A stretch of 63,882 nt of DNA, the filler included, from Barthelona sp. PAP020 (taxonomy: Eukaryota), in the NCBI GenBank assembly GCA_040182905.1. It is 9 parts of 9 records of this genome, joined end to end, with 100 filler letters (N's around TTAATTAATTAA, not from the genome) between each part and the next. Parts side by side here need not be neighbours in the genome. Positions count along the whole stretch, not along the records: positions 21,408 to 28,428 come from JARQWU010000516.1; positions 28,529 to 35,549 come from JARQWU010000517.1; positions 35,650 to 42,663 come from JARQWU010000518.1; 6 more parts are not named here. The stretch is one strand, 5' to 3'. Positions 24,982-37,064 of this stretch are shown here, piece after piece (position 1 is the first letter of the stretch; every line of letters begins with the position of its first letter). The notes under the pieces were generated by a model. The model made no database searches. It was not told the origin of the DNA and was given only the letters and a program-made list of their open reading frames with translations. The position numbers were made by a program, and so were the translations under genes.

Positions 24982-27900
24982 ATGAGTAGTCGATTATTTT
25001 GTATTGCAAAGAATGAAGTGTTGAAGAAATTTGCTTTTAAAGATATACTCAAAAAATGCAAACATTTAGATCGAATTCAACCTTCTTTACAATCAATTGA
25101 TTGGACTAGGAGAATAATTAATCAAATTTTGGATTACAGAACTCAATACTATATCAATGATAATGATAAACCTACTGAATTAAAACCGAGTGATTTTATT
25201 TTTCTTTTTTTTCAAAATACTCACAATAACAAGTTACGATGTGAGCAAATTATATATGAATTATGTTGTGCTATACGAGTTTTTCGTGAGACGGATTCTT
25301 TTATTGATTTGTTTGGATATCTGTTGAATAATGTTTTGAGTCCCATTGATTTTGATTTTTTAGCTTCTGTACGCACAATAATAAGTCAAGAAATCTCAAT
25401 GCAAAAGACAAATGTAAACATTTATGATCAAGAATTTCGGGTTGATTTTTTTTGTCTACCGGCTCAGATGATTTTGGGAGACATGTGTCCTGATAATATT
25501 GAAACAATTTTGAATGATCAGTCAGAGCAACAAAAGATGAGTGTATTTAATTTTATAGATGTTACTCTTTTACTTTTCAGAAAAAGTCTCAACAATTCTT
25601 TAGAGCTGTATCTTCCAAGAAAACAGAAAACGAAAGTCAAAGCTAATGTTGAGTCGTCTGGTGTTGATGTGGCTACACCAAAAAGAATCACAGCTAGTAA
25701 AGAGAGGAACAATTTTTTGACACCCAAAACGAAAGTCAAAGTTGCTAATAGCATAGAAGAACGTGTTTCTGGTTCTATGAAAAGGAAAATTGCTTCAAAA
25801 CCATCTTTAAAAATGACAAGAGAAGATAGCCTTGAACTGAATGTATTAGATTCGAAGAAATTGGAAGAAACTCAGAGTTTGTATAATTTTTTCGAGACAA
25901 GAATAAAAGAGTTAGAAGAAACGATAATTTCGAAAGATTTGGAAATGAAAAGCATGCAACAAGTTATTTTTGATAAAGAAACACAAAACAAAATTGAAAT
26001 TGACAAATATAACAGGCTTTTAAAAGAGAATGAAGTATTAAAGAAAAAGGAACTTGGTTTTGAAAAGATGAAGGAAGAGTTTCAATTTTTACAAAAGTCC
26101 CAAAAAACAATGATTAGCAAAATTCAAGATTATGATGAAATTTGCGCCAGGAAAGATGTTTTGGAGATGGAAAAGATAAATTATCAAAAAGAAATTGAAA
26201 AGCTACGAAGTTTGGATAAATCAAATGATTTCATAGCATTACAAAGTGAAAACAATATCTTAATCAATAAGATCAAACAACTTCAAGTAGATTTAGTGAT
26301 TAAGACTGAAGATAACAAGAGTTTAAGACAACAGATCAATGATCTTGAAAATGATCTGGCAAATTTGAATTTGGCTATTAAAGAATCTTCAACAAAACTT
26401 GAAAAAAAAACTGACGAGATTTGGGACAGCAAAATAAAACTATTGCTGAACGAAAAAGAGAATCAAATTTTGTTTTTAAAGAAAGATCACATAAAAAAAT
26501 ATCGAAAATTGGCAAAATTACTCGAAAACAAAAATGAAAGCATTGAACTGTTAAGTCAAGAGAATCATCGATTAACGCATGAATATGATAAGATTCAACA
26601 GGAGTTTGAATTATCAATTGGCAAAATAATTGAGTTGAGCAATGAAAAGGTTAATGAAGAAATTGGATATTTAAAGAATGAGTTGTATTCATTCAGAACA
26701 AAATCAATAAATAGATTTAACGAGTATTTCGGACAATTTAAGTATCAATTGGGTGTTGAAATAGATAACCAAAGAGAATTGATCCATAAATATCAACAAC
26801 ACAATATAATCCAGCAAAATAAAATTGTAGCATTACAGAATCACATTGACATGTTGAAGCAATTTATTAATGAGCAAACTGATGTTGCTAAACAATTATT
26901 TGTTGATAAAGAAAACATTTCTGATCATGTTCAAGCTTTAAAAGCTTACATTCAATCTATCGAAGAATGGTCTCCTAAAGTCAACAATTCCAAATTAATT
27001 GAAGCCCAAAGAGTATTGGGAATGCAGCAATTCGCCAATATGCTTGGATTTAGATCAATCTCAAATCTCGGGTTCATTCATGTCGATTTGAGTCGAATGT
27101 TTGATGATAACATCGTGAATGCAATAAGCCAATTGAAAATAGATGCCTACTACTGTATTTTTGAAGCAATTGGTGGTGAAACAGAAGAAATGACATATTT
27201 CGATCCAAAATCATTTCAACCTCTGTTCATATCTCCAACACTTTCAATCGATTTTCGTGAAGCCGGCAATAACCCTAAAAATTTCAAACTTTTGTTTGAC
27301 ACTTCAAAATGTGAAAAAAAATTGCAAGAATTTCTTCAAAATCCCAGATTTGGTGCTAGTGCTTATTATGTTGCTCTTGCATTCAAAAGAAATCGTGTAT
27401 TTCAAGAAGATACATTTGTGTCTATTAGTTTAATCAGTCTATCCAGGATTCAACCATATTATGAAAGACAGGCTAGAAAACTTTATCCTTTAGAATATAA
27501 CGCAATTTGTTTAAGATTCAAATTATTTGATGGTCTGTTTTTCTGCTCTTCCGTTCCTGAATATCAACCCAAAATCCCTGCATTTGTTAGTGAAGAAATT
27601 GTTTCCCCAAAAGTTTCAGAAATTGTTCCTCTTGAACCAGAATTCCCTTCTTTAGCGCTACTGTATGAAGATGCCGCAAATCAAGAGGCAGAACTCGATT
27701 TGGACCTCTATTTTGAGCCGGTGGATAAAGATGCCAATGACGTGGTTTCCTTCATTCCATTAATTTCTGCCCCTGAACCCCCACCTCCAATCAAAAAAGC
27801 AAACGTTATTTCAAAGCATGACGCAGATTTAGATGATGATGATGATAACAGCAATAATCTATTATCAGAACATCAAACCTCTGAAAATTTGGATGAATTT

Positions 27901-28428
27901 GAATCGACAGGCAAAAGATTGGAAAAGTCAAATTCTACCAAATCCCTGGAAACTGATGTTTCTGAGAAACATATTATTGTGAATATTGAAGCATCCACTT
28001 CTGTTATGAATGAAAAAATCGACCCAGATCCTTTAACAAATTCAAGTCAACCTGTTATATTGCATTCCCATTCATCTGATCCTAATGATCCATCCATGTC
28101 AACTGGATATTCTAAGCCCATTAAGGCATCAATGCCAACTGGTCCTTCTATGCCTACTGGACCCTCTATGCCCACTGGTCCTTCTATGCCTACTGGTCCT
28201 TCTATGCCTACTGGTCCTTCTATGCCAACTGGACCCTCTATGCCTACTGGTCCATCAATGCCTACTGGTCCTTCAATGCCTACTGGTCCTTCCATGCCAA
28301 CTGGTCCTTCTATGCCTACTGGACCCTCTATGCCAACTGGTCCTTCTATGCCTACTGGACCCTCTATGCCCACTGGTCCTTCTATGCCTACTGGTCCTTC
28401 TATGCCTACTGGTCCTTCTATGCCAACT
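24982..28428 (+). CDS. Large coiled-coil protein with (GPSMPT)n repeat, 3'-truncated
   Basis: >1140-aa ORF: helical N-terminal domain, central coiled coil, acidic/Pro-rich linker, hexapeptide repeat running into the gap. Confidence 0.8.
28141..28428 (+). repeat. Coding minisatellite, 18-nt unit x16 (GGTCCTTCTATGCCTACT)
   Basis: 288 nt = 16 units; variation is confined to synonymous third positions of the + frame. Confidence 0.97.
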
Positions 28429-28528
28429 NNNNNNNNNNNNNNNNNNNNNNNNNNNNNNNNNNNNNNNNNNNNTTAATTAATTAANNNNNNNNNNNNNNNN
28501 NNNNNNNNNNNNNNNNNNNNNNNNNNNN

Positions 28529-28792
28529 AAGATGTTCAAAGGTAGAGAGATCAGAGCCAAACATTCAATGACTATGCAAAAGCAAATGAAATTGAAAGAA
28601 AAGAAAGAAGAAGAAAAGAAAAAAATTCAAACGGGTAAAAAAATTAACAGACAAAAAGAATTTCAAGGGAAAAAGCAGGCAAAAAAGATTGTCAAAACTG
28701 AAAAGAAGTTTATGGGTGCTAAATCTGTTGCAGGAACTACACATCTTAAGTTGAAGAAGAGAACAATGAATCGTCACAAAAAACAAAAATAG
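28529..28792 (+). CDS. Lys-rich C-terminal fragment of a truncated gene
   Basis: Open from the contig edge; basic composition resembling nucleolar protein tails. Confidence 0.5.
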   Translation, partial: KMFKGREIRAKHSMTMQKQMKLKEKKEEEKKKIQTGKKINRQKEFQGKKQAKKIVKTEKKFMGAKSVAGTTHLKLKKRTMNRHKKQK

Positions 28793-29196
28793 GAGGTTTA
28801 TAAATGGTTAAACCAAGCAATACAGCCAAGTGGGCAAATAAAAAAGTCGGATTATCAATTTATTTTTGAAGGAAAGTTTCTGCAAGACTTTCATGTTTAA
28901 ACTGGTGTCCTGGTGTACATTAGAGAGAGTAAATTTCTGAAAAGAAGATTTTTCTTCTTGAACGCAGGAAATCAGTAAATTTTCGACACATTCTAACATT
29001 CAACAAATAATTTTGAATCTTCCAACCCTTAAATAGGTGTGCAACAATGAAACAGCATAAGAGAAATTATCCACAAATTTTTGAAGCTAATCTGAGAGAG
29101 AACAAAAAAATACACCATCGCATGAAAACAACAGGCTTTCATAACAGTTACTGATAAAATTATGCTTCTATTTAAAGAATGACGAACAAATAATTT

Positions 29197-30801
29197 CTAC
29201 AATTCAATATCAGATGTATATTCCTTAATCATTGGCTCATTGATACTGCTTGTGTCTGCATCATTGTAAGTTCTTATTCTATTAAGATTATGATTGTTTA
29301 GAGGACTAGAAATCACAGTCAAATTGCTGGGAATATCACTGCACTCTTCAACCAACGAAGTATTTTCAAAAATTGGACCAAGGCAACCAGTACATATGTT
29401 GGCCCTTTTATTTCTTAAATTTGATCTTCTCAACCATATTTCGAGTCTTTTAATTTGAAATTTATTTTCTGCATTCGAAGTGATAAAAATGTCAGAATAC
29501 GTCCAGTTATCTTCATTGAAGGACAAAGGGAGATTTTGAATTTTCTTTGAAACAAGTTTATTGTGAATATCAGCATACAATTGCTTTAATACAATTTCAC
29601 CCGGTATAAAAACATTGCCCAAATTAGAATAACCATGTACAAAATCCCACTCAAAAAATAGATCACTAAGTCCCATGTTATTACCAAAACAAGGAGGTAA
29701 ACTAACTTGATGACGAATACATGGTGATTTTTTATGTTTTGGAAAAAAACAACATGTATAATCGCCTAAAAAATTTCTTAAAGAGAACAAAAAACAAGAT
29801 GGATCAATAACTTCTGTAAATTCATTTGTGCTTTGCCAAGACTCATTGCAAAATGCACCAAATATATAGCCTTCTATTGTTTCCATCAAAAGTAGTGATG
29901 TACCACAATCATCTGCACTCTCATGAAAATCTCGAGAATTTTTACTGTTTTTTGGATTTTCAAGACAAAAAATACACTCCCAATCAATTATTCTCGGTAT
30001 TAACATAATCAATCGTGCTATATATATCGGTTGTAATATTTTTGAACTTGAAAACACAGTTCCTCTCCGAAGCTTCAAAGAATTCCGATCAAAATCAAAA
30101 TTAAATGCTTTATTAATTTCAACCTTGGATGATAAAGGACAAAAATGATGGGAAAACAAAAATCCCAACATATGATTGGATAAAAACGGAAACCGAATAG
30201 TTTCAAAAAATAATTGAGAATATGCAGGATAGTAATCACAAGCTTTCAAAACAAAATTTACAACTGTGGTTTCGTGGCAGTTTAAACCATCGAATTTCAA
30301 GATTTCTATCAATGAAGAAGGTAAAACTGAACTCATTATTCTTAATATTGCCTTTAAGACATAAAAATCAACAAATCTAAAAAGTTGATTCTTTAAATGA
30401 AATGTTTGTAAAATTATAGGTTTGGTAACAATAGAAGCAATATCACAACTTGAAAAAACTTTATATCCTTCTAAAATTGGATTAATATAAGATAGATTGA
30501 AATTAAAATAATCACAAACAAAATGTAATTGAAATAAATCTTTTATTGATGTTGGAATCGTTGCATACAACAAATATTCTTGTAAAAGTAAAATATCGAA
30601 ATATCGAAACATTTTGGGCTTCAAAACATGTGTAAATGTTTCCAAAAAACCTAAAGTCATTAAATTTTCAAAGTATTTTGATGATCTAATGAGAATTTCA
30701 ACTGGTATTTTGATGTTTTCATTTTCATTAAAAATAAATTGAATTTCTAAAACTTCATCATCATCACATGATGAATTTTCTTTCTTAAAATTTTTTGTCA
30801 T
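29197..30801 (-). CDS. BTB/BACK-TLDc domain protein
   Basis: IL..SSKYFENL...GF.E (BTB); LNCHETTV, ETIRFPFL (BACK); DFHESAD, GYIFGAF, CFLFSL, PCFG, IKRLEIW (TLDc). Confidence 0.82.
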   Translation of the reverse strand: MTKNFKKENSSCDDDEVLEIQFIFNENENIKIPVEILIRSSKYFENLMTLGFLETFTHVLKPKMFRYFDILLLQEYLLYATIPTSIKDLFQLHFVCDYFNFNLSYINPILEGYKVFSSCDIASIVTKPIILQTFHLKNQLFRFVDFYVLKAILRIMSSVLPSSLIEILKFDGLNCHETTVVNFVLKACDYYPAYSQLFFETIRFPFLSNHMLGFLFSHHFCPLSSKVEINKAFNFDFDRNSLKLRRGTVFSSSKILQPIYIARLIMLIPRIIDWECIFCLENPKNSKNSRDFHESADDCGTSLLLMETIEGYIFGAFCNESWQSTNEFTEVIDPSCFLFSLRNFLGDYTCCFFPKHKKSPCIRHQVSLPPCFGNNMGLSDLFFEWDFVHGYSNLGNVFIPGEIVLKQLYADIHNKLVSKKIQNLPLSFNEDNWTYSDIFITSNAENKFQIKRLEIWLRRSNLRNKRANICTGCLGPIFENTSLVEECSDIPSNLTVISSPLNNHNLNRIRTYNDADTSSINEPMIKEYTSDIEL

Positions 30802-31030
30802 AAGTAAACATTGCAATTATTTCCATTAATTGAATAATATGAATGATTATTTTTCCAAGAATGGTGGTCTTTTCTTCTGGAAAGCTTAACTTGTCATCAT
30901 GTCTTTTTTCTTTTTTCTTTGTTGTCTTTTTATTTCTTTATCACATTTTCAATTCATAAATATACACATACAATGTTTTCAGAGGAAATCCTCAAATTGT
31001 TTGTTTATATTTCTTTTTTTTTTTTAATTA

Positions 31031-31756
31031 ATGAAGTGCATTTTTTTATTGATAATATTTATTATACATTTTCATATTAATGTGTTTTGTTCTCCAATAA
31101 TTGCTTGGAATCTTCAAAAATCTTCTTATGAAATGATAGCTGAATACGAAGCATCAAATGCACATGATTTTACCATGAATTTCTTGTCAAATAATGATGA
31201 AAAGCTTGTTGTTACATTTATTACTCACAGATTATCAACATCAACACTTAAAAATTGGGAATTAACTGCTGCTTCAGTTAAATCATCTTCATTTTATCGT
31301 GCCTATGAAACTGATGCTTTATCATCAAATAATAATGAAGAAGCTGCCAAAGAATTATCTTGGCAAATCAATAATCAAACAGACAGTGTTTCTTATGGAT
31401 GTCATGATTCTGATAAACCTCTTTTTGATGATTTTCTTGCAGATATACGCGCTCAAAATTTAAAATCTAACAAGATTATTGTTTGTTTGGATGAAAATCA
31501 TTCAGAAAATGATGGTTTAATTGATTTAGTCGATCAACGCCTGAAAGATTATGAGTTCACAGCTGCTTATTTGTTAGTTTCTACTTCTGAAAGATTAACT
31601 GCCACTGATTTCGGTGGTTATTGGACACCTTCCGTCATTTGGGCACTTATTGTTCTTTTAATAGTGTTTATAATTATTTTTTGGGGAATTTCTAATCTAA
31701 ACAACATTAAAGCACCAAAATTAAGAATAAAGAGAGGCAAAATGAAAAATGAATGA
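31031..31756 (+). CDS. Type I membrane protein, V-ATPase Ac45/Voa1-like
   Basis: Signal peptide; C-terminal YWTPSVIWALIV...WGISNLNNIKAP resembles the Ac45/Voa1 TM segment. Confidence 0.55.
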   Translation: MKCIFLLIIFIIHFHINVFCSPIIAWNLQKSSYEMIAEYEASNAHDFTMNFLSNNDEKLVVTFITHRLSTSTLKNWELTAASVKSSSFYRAYETDALSSNNNEEAAKELSWQINNQTDSVSYGCHDSDKPLFDDFLADIRAQNLKSNKIIVCLDENHSENDGLIDLVDQRLKDYEFTAAYLLVSTSERLTATDFGGYWTPSVIWALIVLLIVFIIIFWGISNLNNIKAPKLRIKRGKMKNE

Positions 31757-32246
31757 TTTAAAGGTGTAAACGATTTTCTTTTTTTTTTATTTTTCCAAAA
31801 CAAGAAATACTGTGAGTATTAGGGAATAAAAAACCAGAATATTTATAATTTGGATGATGGAAATTCCAGCATCAAAAACCAAAAATTCAAACTCATCAAA
31901 AACCAGAATTTTTTCAAAATTTTTGATTTTGTCAACAAGAGCAAATGTTAATGAATGTTAATAATCGACAGATTTCAATGGAAAATCAACTTAAAATACT
32001 ATGACAGAATGAATAAAAGGTCAGCAACGTAATAAATTGGTATAACCAAAATTGGCATAGAGATTACCGATCCAAACGATCAAATTCCAATGCCACTCTG
32101 GAAATGATAAAAAGTCTCTTCAAATCAAATGAAAATAAATTACAAATATTTGAACTCAGCAACAACAGAATAATATGCTAAGAACACTCTTTAACTAATA
32201 TTTTTCCTCTATTTTTGCAACCTTGTTAAATAACTAATTATCATTA

Positions 32247-33434
32247 TCAATCATCAGCATCACTTTCTTTATTTTGCTCATCTGCAAACATGGACATGTT
32301 ACCTCCATTATTTTCATTGATATTCACCAAATCCCAACAAGTATCAATAATCATGTTATACTCCTCTTCATTCATATTGATTCCTGCAGCTACCAATTGT
32401 CTAATCTTTTGAGTGTCAGCATTCATAGCCATAAGATTTGTTAGTACATAATCACCATCCTTTGACAATTTGATTATTCTAGACTGATTTATTGGGTTAA
32501 AATCTGGTACAATTGAATACACCTTAACAATATTGTTTTTACTTCCACAAGCCAATTGTGTTTTGTCAGGTGATACAGCAAAGGAAAAACAATATCTCTC
32601 ACAACCACAATGTATCTTTTGAATCTCCTCAAAGGTATCCAGATCGTATGAAGTAATATAACCATCACCAGACATAATAAGCAGGATATTTGATGTTAAA
32701 AAGTGAAGAGACCATACTCCATCACCCATATTAAAGGTATGAACTAGGGATCCGTCATCCATGTTCCATAATTTGACTGTGCTTGATTGATCTCCAACTG
32801 CTATTGTCCTGTGGGTAGGATTAAAATCGATAGTTCTCACAATCCCTTCATGGTCAAATGTGCGAACAACAGAAAAATTAAAAGCATCAATCAAAATGGC
32901 AGTATTGTTAAGAGAAAGAATCAAAAGATATTTACCATCTGATAAAAGTTTTACTCGCCAAATTCTCCCCGAAAGAACTTTTTTTTCCAATATAACACAA
33001 CAACTGTTGATATCCCACTTCTTAAGATTTCCTTTATCATCTCCAAAATATAAATAATTGGAGCACTCAGAAAAACAAATTCCATATACCTTAGCTTCAT
33101 TTAATACACTATCTAAAATGGAGAATCCTGGAAAAATATATAATTTGATAGACATATCATCAGAAGATGTTGCCAATTTTTCTCCATTTGGTGCAAAGGC
33201 AACTCCATTAATATCATCATTGTGATCCTTCAAAGTTAGAAGAAGTTCTCCTTTTTCTGTATCAATTAGATGTACAAAACCATTAAAAGAGCCAACAATC
33301 AAATTATTGCCGTTTATTGAATATTCACAATCAACCATATCATTGGATGATAAACCTTCAATTTCCACAACACTACCTTCATCAATTCTCAAAGAAATCA
33401 AGTCATTAATAATTTTCTTTGTTGAATCACTCAT
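32247..33434 (-). CDS. WD40-repeat protein
   Basis: DHNDDINGVAFAPNG..LATSSDD, LKKWD, VKLWN repeats; probable start at ATG 33434. Confidence 0.9.
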   Translation of the reverse strand: MSDSTKKIINDLISLRIDEGSVVEIEGLSSNDMVDCEYSINGNNLIVGSFNGFVHLIDTEKGELLLTLKDHNDDINGVAFAPNGEKLATSSDDMSIKLYIFPGFSILDSVLNEAKVYGICFSECSNYLYFGDDKGNLKKWDINSCCVILEKKVLSGRIWRVKLLSDGKYLLILSLNNTAILIDAFNFSVVRTFDHEGIVRTIDFNPTHRTIAVGDQSSTVKLWNMDDGSLVHTFNMGDGVWSLHFLTSNILLIMSGDGYITSYDLDTFEEIQKIHCGCERYCFSFAVSPDKTQLACGSKNNIVKVYSIVPDFNPINQSRIIKLSKDGDYVLTNLMAMNADTQKIRQLVAAGINMNEEEYNMIIDTCWDLVNINENNGGNMSMFADEQNKESDADD

Positions 33435-33583
33435 AAAACAAAAAAAAAACCAAGAGAACACAATAAAAGAAGTCTATTATTCTTCCAATTAAAAAAAATT
33501 AAAATCTCGATTCTTGTTGTTTATTAAAAATAATTGTGAATATGTATTGTAAGAGTTCTTTACAAAAAAAAAAAAAAAATTTA

Positions 33584-34135
33584 TTATTGCTGAATTAAAG
33601 CATAAAAAAGATTCAATTCATCATTAAATTGGGATTCTGTGAGGGGTTCATTTTCAGTGGATTCCAGAGAAGAGACAAAAGGTGAAACTTTAAATGAGTT
33701 TGAAATTGAAGATTCATCAAATGAAAAATCTACATTTACATTATTTTCAAAATATTGTTGAGGCGGAATAAAAACCCCGTTGATAACATGTTGAAAAGGT
33801 GAATCGGTCAAAGGAATCAAAGATTCATTAAAATTTATTGAATATTCAGAATATTCAAAGGATAGACAACCAATTACAGGTAAGTTATTGGAAGTTTTAA
33901 CATGAGTCAATGCAAAAGGGTGGTGTACAACAATTGTAATGTCATTTGGTAATCCTTGATAATTATTACATGATGCAAAAGATATATTAAATCGATATTT
34001 ACCATCACTGGCTTCAAAAAAACCTTCAGAAGTTTCAGCTAATAAAAAACATCTACAATTGTTAATATCAGTTATTTGATAATAATAAACAACCTCTGAC
34101 CACCCATATTTGTTAGGATTGCTATTATTTGTCAT
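33584..34135 (-). CDS. Hypothetical protein, possible OB fold (RPA70N/TPP1-like)
   Basis: 183-aa ORF; YQI...ASDG.Y beta-strand pattern only, weak. Confidence 0.45.
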   Translation of the reverse strand: MTNNSNPNKYGWSEVVYYYQITDINNCRCFLLAETSEGFFEASDGKYRFNISFASCNNYQGLPNDITIVVHHPFALTHVKTSNNLPVIGCLSFEYSEYSINFNESLIPLTDSPFQHVINGVFIPPQQYFENNVNVDFSFDESSISNSFKVSPFVSSLESTENEPLTESQFNDELNLFYALIQQ

Positions 34136-34306
34136 AGAAATGTTCTATCTCATTTAAAAATAAAGAATAAATTGTAAAAAATGGTGTTAACAATTTTATT
34201 TTGTTTGAATCAACTTTTCTCTTTTCATTTATCTTAAATAGTAATCAGATATGATTATTTTGTAAAAAGAAATTGTTTCTTTTGTTCAAAAGTTTTTTTT
34301 TTGCAA

Positions 34307-34970
34307 ATGGATATTGACCAATCTAAAAATTTTAAATTTGTGATTGTTGGAGATTCTTCGACAGGAAAAACTAGTATAATCAGACGATTTTTAAATCCAA
34401 ATGATTTTGATTTAAAACAAGAGTCAACCATTGGAATGGATATTCAAACAAAACGAATTGAAAGACGAGATCATAATATCAGATTAACTTTGTACATAAA
34501 TTATTTTTTTTTGATGTTTTCTAACTCATAGGTATGACAGTGCAGGACAAGAACGTTTTAGATCTCTTGTTAAGTCTTTTTTTAGGTATACAGCTGGTGT
34601 TGTGTTAGTTTATGATGTTACATCAAGAGTTAGTTTCAATCATATCAATGATTGGGTTTTAACCAGTAAAAGTAATTTGAATGGTTCTAATTTACATGGT
34701 TTACCCATTTACTGTTTGATAGGAAATAAAATAGATCTTGAATCTTCGCGTAGAGTATCTATTGATGAAGGTGAAGAGTTAGCTGCTGAATTAGGAGCGA
34801 TTTTCTTTGAAACAAGCGCTAAAGATGGAATTAACATTGATTTTGCATTTTTAGAGATGGTTGATAGAGTATTAGATGTGGATAACAATGAAGACAACTC
34901 TTATAACCCTGATAAAGTGGTTTTAGAGCGTGATTCTGGTAAAAGAAAGTTTGGTTGTGGTTGTAAATAG
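34307..34970 (+). CDS. Rab-family small GTPase; 2 exons, 34307-34491 and 34532-34970
   Basis: GDSSTGKT, STIG.D, spliced LYDSAGQERFRSL, GNKIDL, ETSAK, C-terminal CGCK. Confidence 0.93.
34492..34531 (+). other. Spliceosomal intron, 40 nt
   Basis: GTACAT...CTAAC-TCATAG; removal restores the G3 box. Confidence 0.93.
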
Positions 34971-35224
34971 ATGTAAATACTTTATTATTTTTGTATTGTT
35001 GTTTTGCCTGCATTTCCAAAGAGAAATTCCAGAATCTTTTTTCTTCTTATCACGAAAGGAAGATTGTGGAATACACTTTTATTTTTCTTCACATGGATAG
35101 AAGACGTTCAAAAATTTAAGAAATATTTTCAATTGTTCAGAAAAAAAAAAAAAATATTCACAAATGGTTGTTTATTTTTAGTACAGTATTACATTCACCA
35201 GAAAAAAAAACTTTGTAAGTAAGA

Positions 35225-35549
35225 TTATGCACTGGCAACGGCTTGAATAATTTCAGTGAAAGAAGGAACCAATGAGGCACCACCAACCAAGAAACCATCA
35301 ATATTTGGTTGAGCAATCAAATTAGCAGCATTACTAGGTTTAACAGAGCCACCATAAAGAATGATGACATTTTCAGCAACTGATTCATTGACATTTTCGG
35401 CAATGTATTGGCGAGAGAAAGCATGAGCAGATTCAGCTGCTTCAGGAGTGGCAACAATTCCAGTTCCAATGGCATAAACGGGTTCATAGGCTAAAACAAT
35501 GTTTTCCCATTGTTCAGGAGCAATAACTTTGAACAAAGCATTTAATTGG
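35225..35549 (-). CDS. TPI: Triosephosphate isomerase, C-terminal fragment
   Basis: LAYEPVYAIGTG, ILYGGSV, IDGFLVGGASL. Confidence 0.96.
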
Positions 35550-36177
35550 NNNNNNNNNNNNNNNNNNNNNNNNNNNNNNNNNNNNNNNNNNNNTTAATTA
35601 ATTAANNNNNNNNNNNNNNNNNNNNNNNNNNNNNNNNNNNNNNNNNNNNACAAACATCATGTTACTTCCATCAGTTTTAATAGTCTTACTAACGTTATTG
35701 CATTAGGTTCCACAAATTCATTGGTCAAATCATTCAAAATCGTTACTGGAAAAAAGAATTCCTTTGAATTCCTTTCACAGTTTCCCACAAAAAATTTGAC
35801 CATCACTTGTTTGAAATTTTTGGCAAACGATACATTGGGAATAGTTGGAAAGAGTTATAATGTTGATGAACTTGAAAACGATACTCAGCAATTTAGATTC
35901 GTCAACAATGACAATGATACAATAGATATTGAACAATAAAGGTCATTTTGATTGACATTTGCTTTTGGAAAACGTTTTGCCTGCTTTTTATATTTTTTGT
36001 GATAAATATTTTCTATCTTTTGTTTTCCATCATTAAAGGTTCATACTTTTGAGCAACAAAGAATTCCTGGACTAAATGACTCTTTCAATTGAAAGACATT
36101 AAAATGAATACATGTTGGGACGTTTGAGAAACAAAAGAAAAAACATGTGGCTATGATAAACAAAACCAAAAAAAGAA

Positions 36178-36434
36178 ATGAAGGTTGTTCACAAGCCTAT
36201 TTATTTTTACCTTTGGGCTTGTTGGAATAATTAGCACCGCAAAGAATTCACATACCGCATAACACAACCCTCTTCGCTGGACAGCCGGTGAAATAAAAGA
36301 GTTAAGACTGAGAGGTTCCTGAAAGGAACGCTGGACTAACCACTATCTATGTTGCATGAAAGATAGAGGTTTTTTTTAATTAATTAACTTGAGGCCAGTC
36401 TAGAGCTTGATAAGTTTTGGAAACATTTCGTACT
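36178..36434 (-). repeat. Dispersed structured element, short diverged copy
   Basis: Shares ordered motifs with 53020-53405: YACGAA, TTTCCA.AACTT, AGCGTTCCT..AGG..CCTCTC, TTTCA..GCTG, ATG.GG.ATGTGAA, CTAATT, AGGCTTGTGAAC. Confidence 0.75.
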
Positions 36435-36491
36435 AAAAAAAAAAAATCAGAAAGAACTTTTTGGAAAAAACTTTAAACCTTTATTCTTCAT

Positions 36492-37064
36492 TTAAAAATA
36501 AATTTCATCATCATTAAAGTTTGAGAAAGCTGAATCTAAAGAAAGAAATTTATTTTTTTCAAGGTTTTTCATTTGTCTTTGGCTTTTTTTGAATTTCTTT
36601 GTGTTTTTTGACTTATGCTTATTAAATGTCGAATCTTTTGTTTTCAAACTCTTTTCACTCTTCACAGTCTTTGAACTTGATGAAATTGCTTTCATGGTCC
36701 TCATATTTAGCTTTTTTCTTTTAAAAGGAAGATTAAAAAAGTTATTTTCCACTTTCTTTTGTTGCCCCTTTGAAAATTTAACGTAGTCCTTTTTTTCATC
36801 ATTGGAAACGAATTGAGTATTTGTTTTGTTTGCAACCAACGTTTTCCTCAAATTGACATTCATTGTTATTGGGGTTAACTTGTTATTGACAGTAGGTTCA
36901 GAAATGAATTGTTTTAAATTGTTTGTTTGCTCATTAATACAATTTTTCATAACTTGTACCACCTCCGAAATTCCTTCCAAACAGCCTTCATTAGTCACTT
37001 CGTTACTATCCGCTTTACAACCACCTATCTGACTTACTTTAAAGTGAAAACAATTTTTTTTTTT
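36492..37064 (-). CDS. K/N/S-rich ORF in frame with the upstream helicase (possible C-terminal extension)
   Basis: Open for ~190 codons immediately after the helicase TAA, same frame, no early ATG. Confidence 0.45.
   Translation of the reverse strand, partial: KKKNCFHFKVSQIGGCKADSNEVTNEGCLEGISEVVQVMKNCINEQTNNLKQFISEPTVNNKLTPITMNVNLRKTLVANKTNTQFVSNDEKKDYVKFSKGQQKKVENNFFNLPFKRKKLNMRTMKAISSSSKTVKSEKSLKTKDSTFNKHKSKNTKKFKKSQRQMKNLEKNKFLSLDSAFSNFNDDEIYF

Noticed and set aside
28047..28428. Antisense collagen-like (GPVGIE)n ORF and Leu/Cys-rich alternative frame
   Set aside because: Unit variation is synonymous only in the GPSMPT frame and changes residues in the others.
28141..28428. CRISPR-like array
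   Set aside because: Head-to-tail 18-mers with no spacers, inside a CDS; no cas genes.
36308..36335. Hammerhead ribozyme (CTGAGA...GAAA)
   Set aside because: Not CUGANGA; the GAAA lies in the hairpin loop rather than after stem II, and it is not conserved in the other copy.
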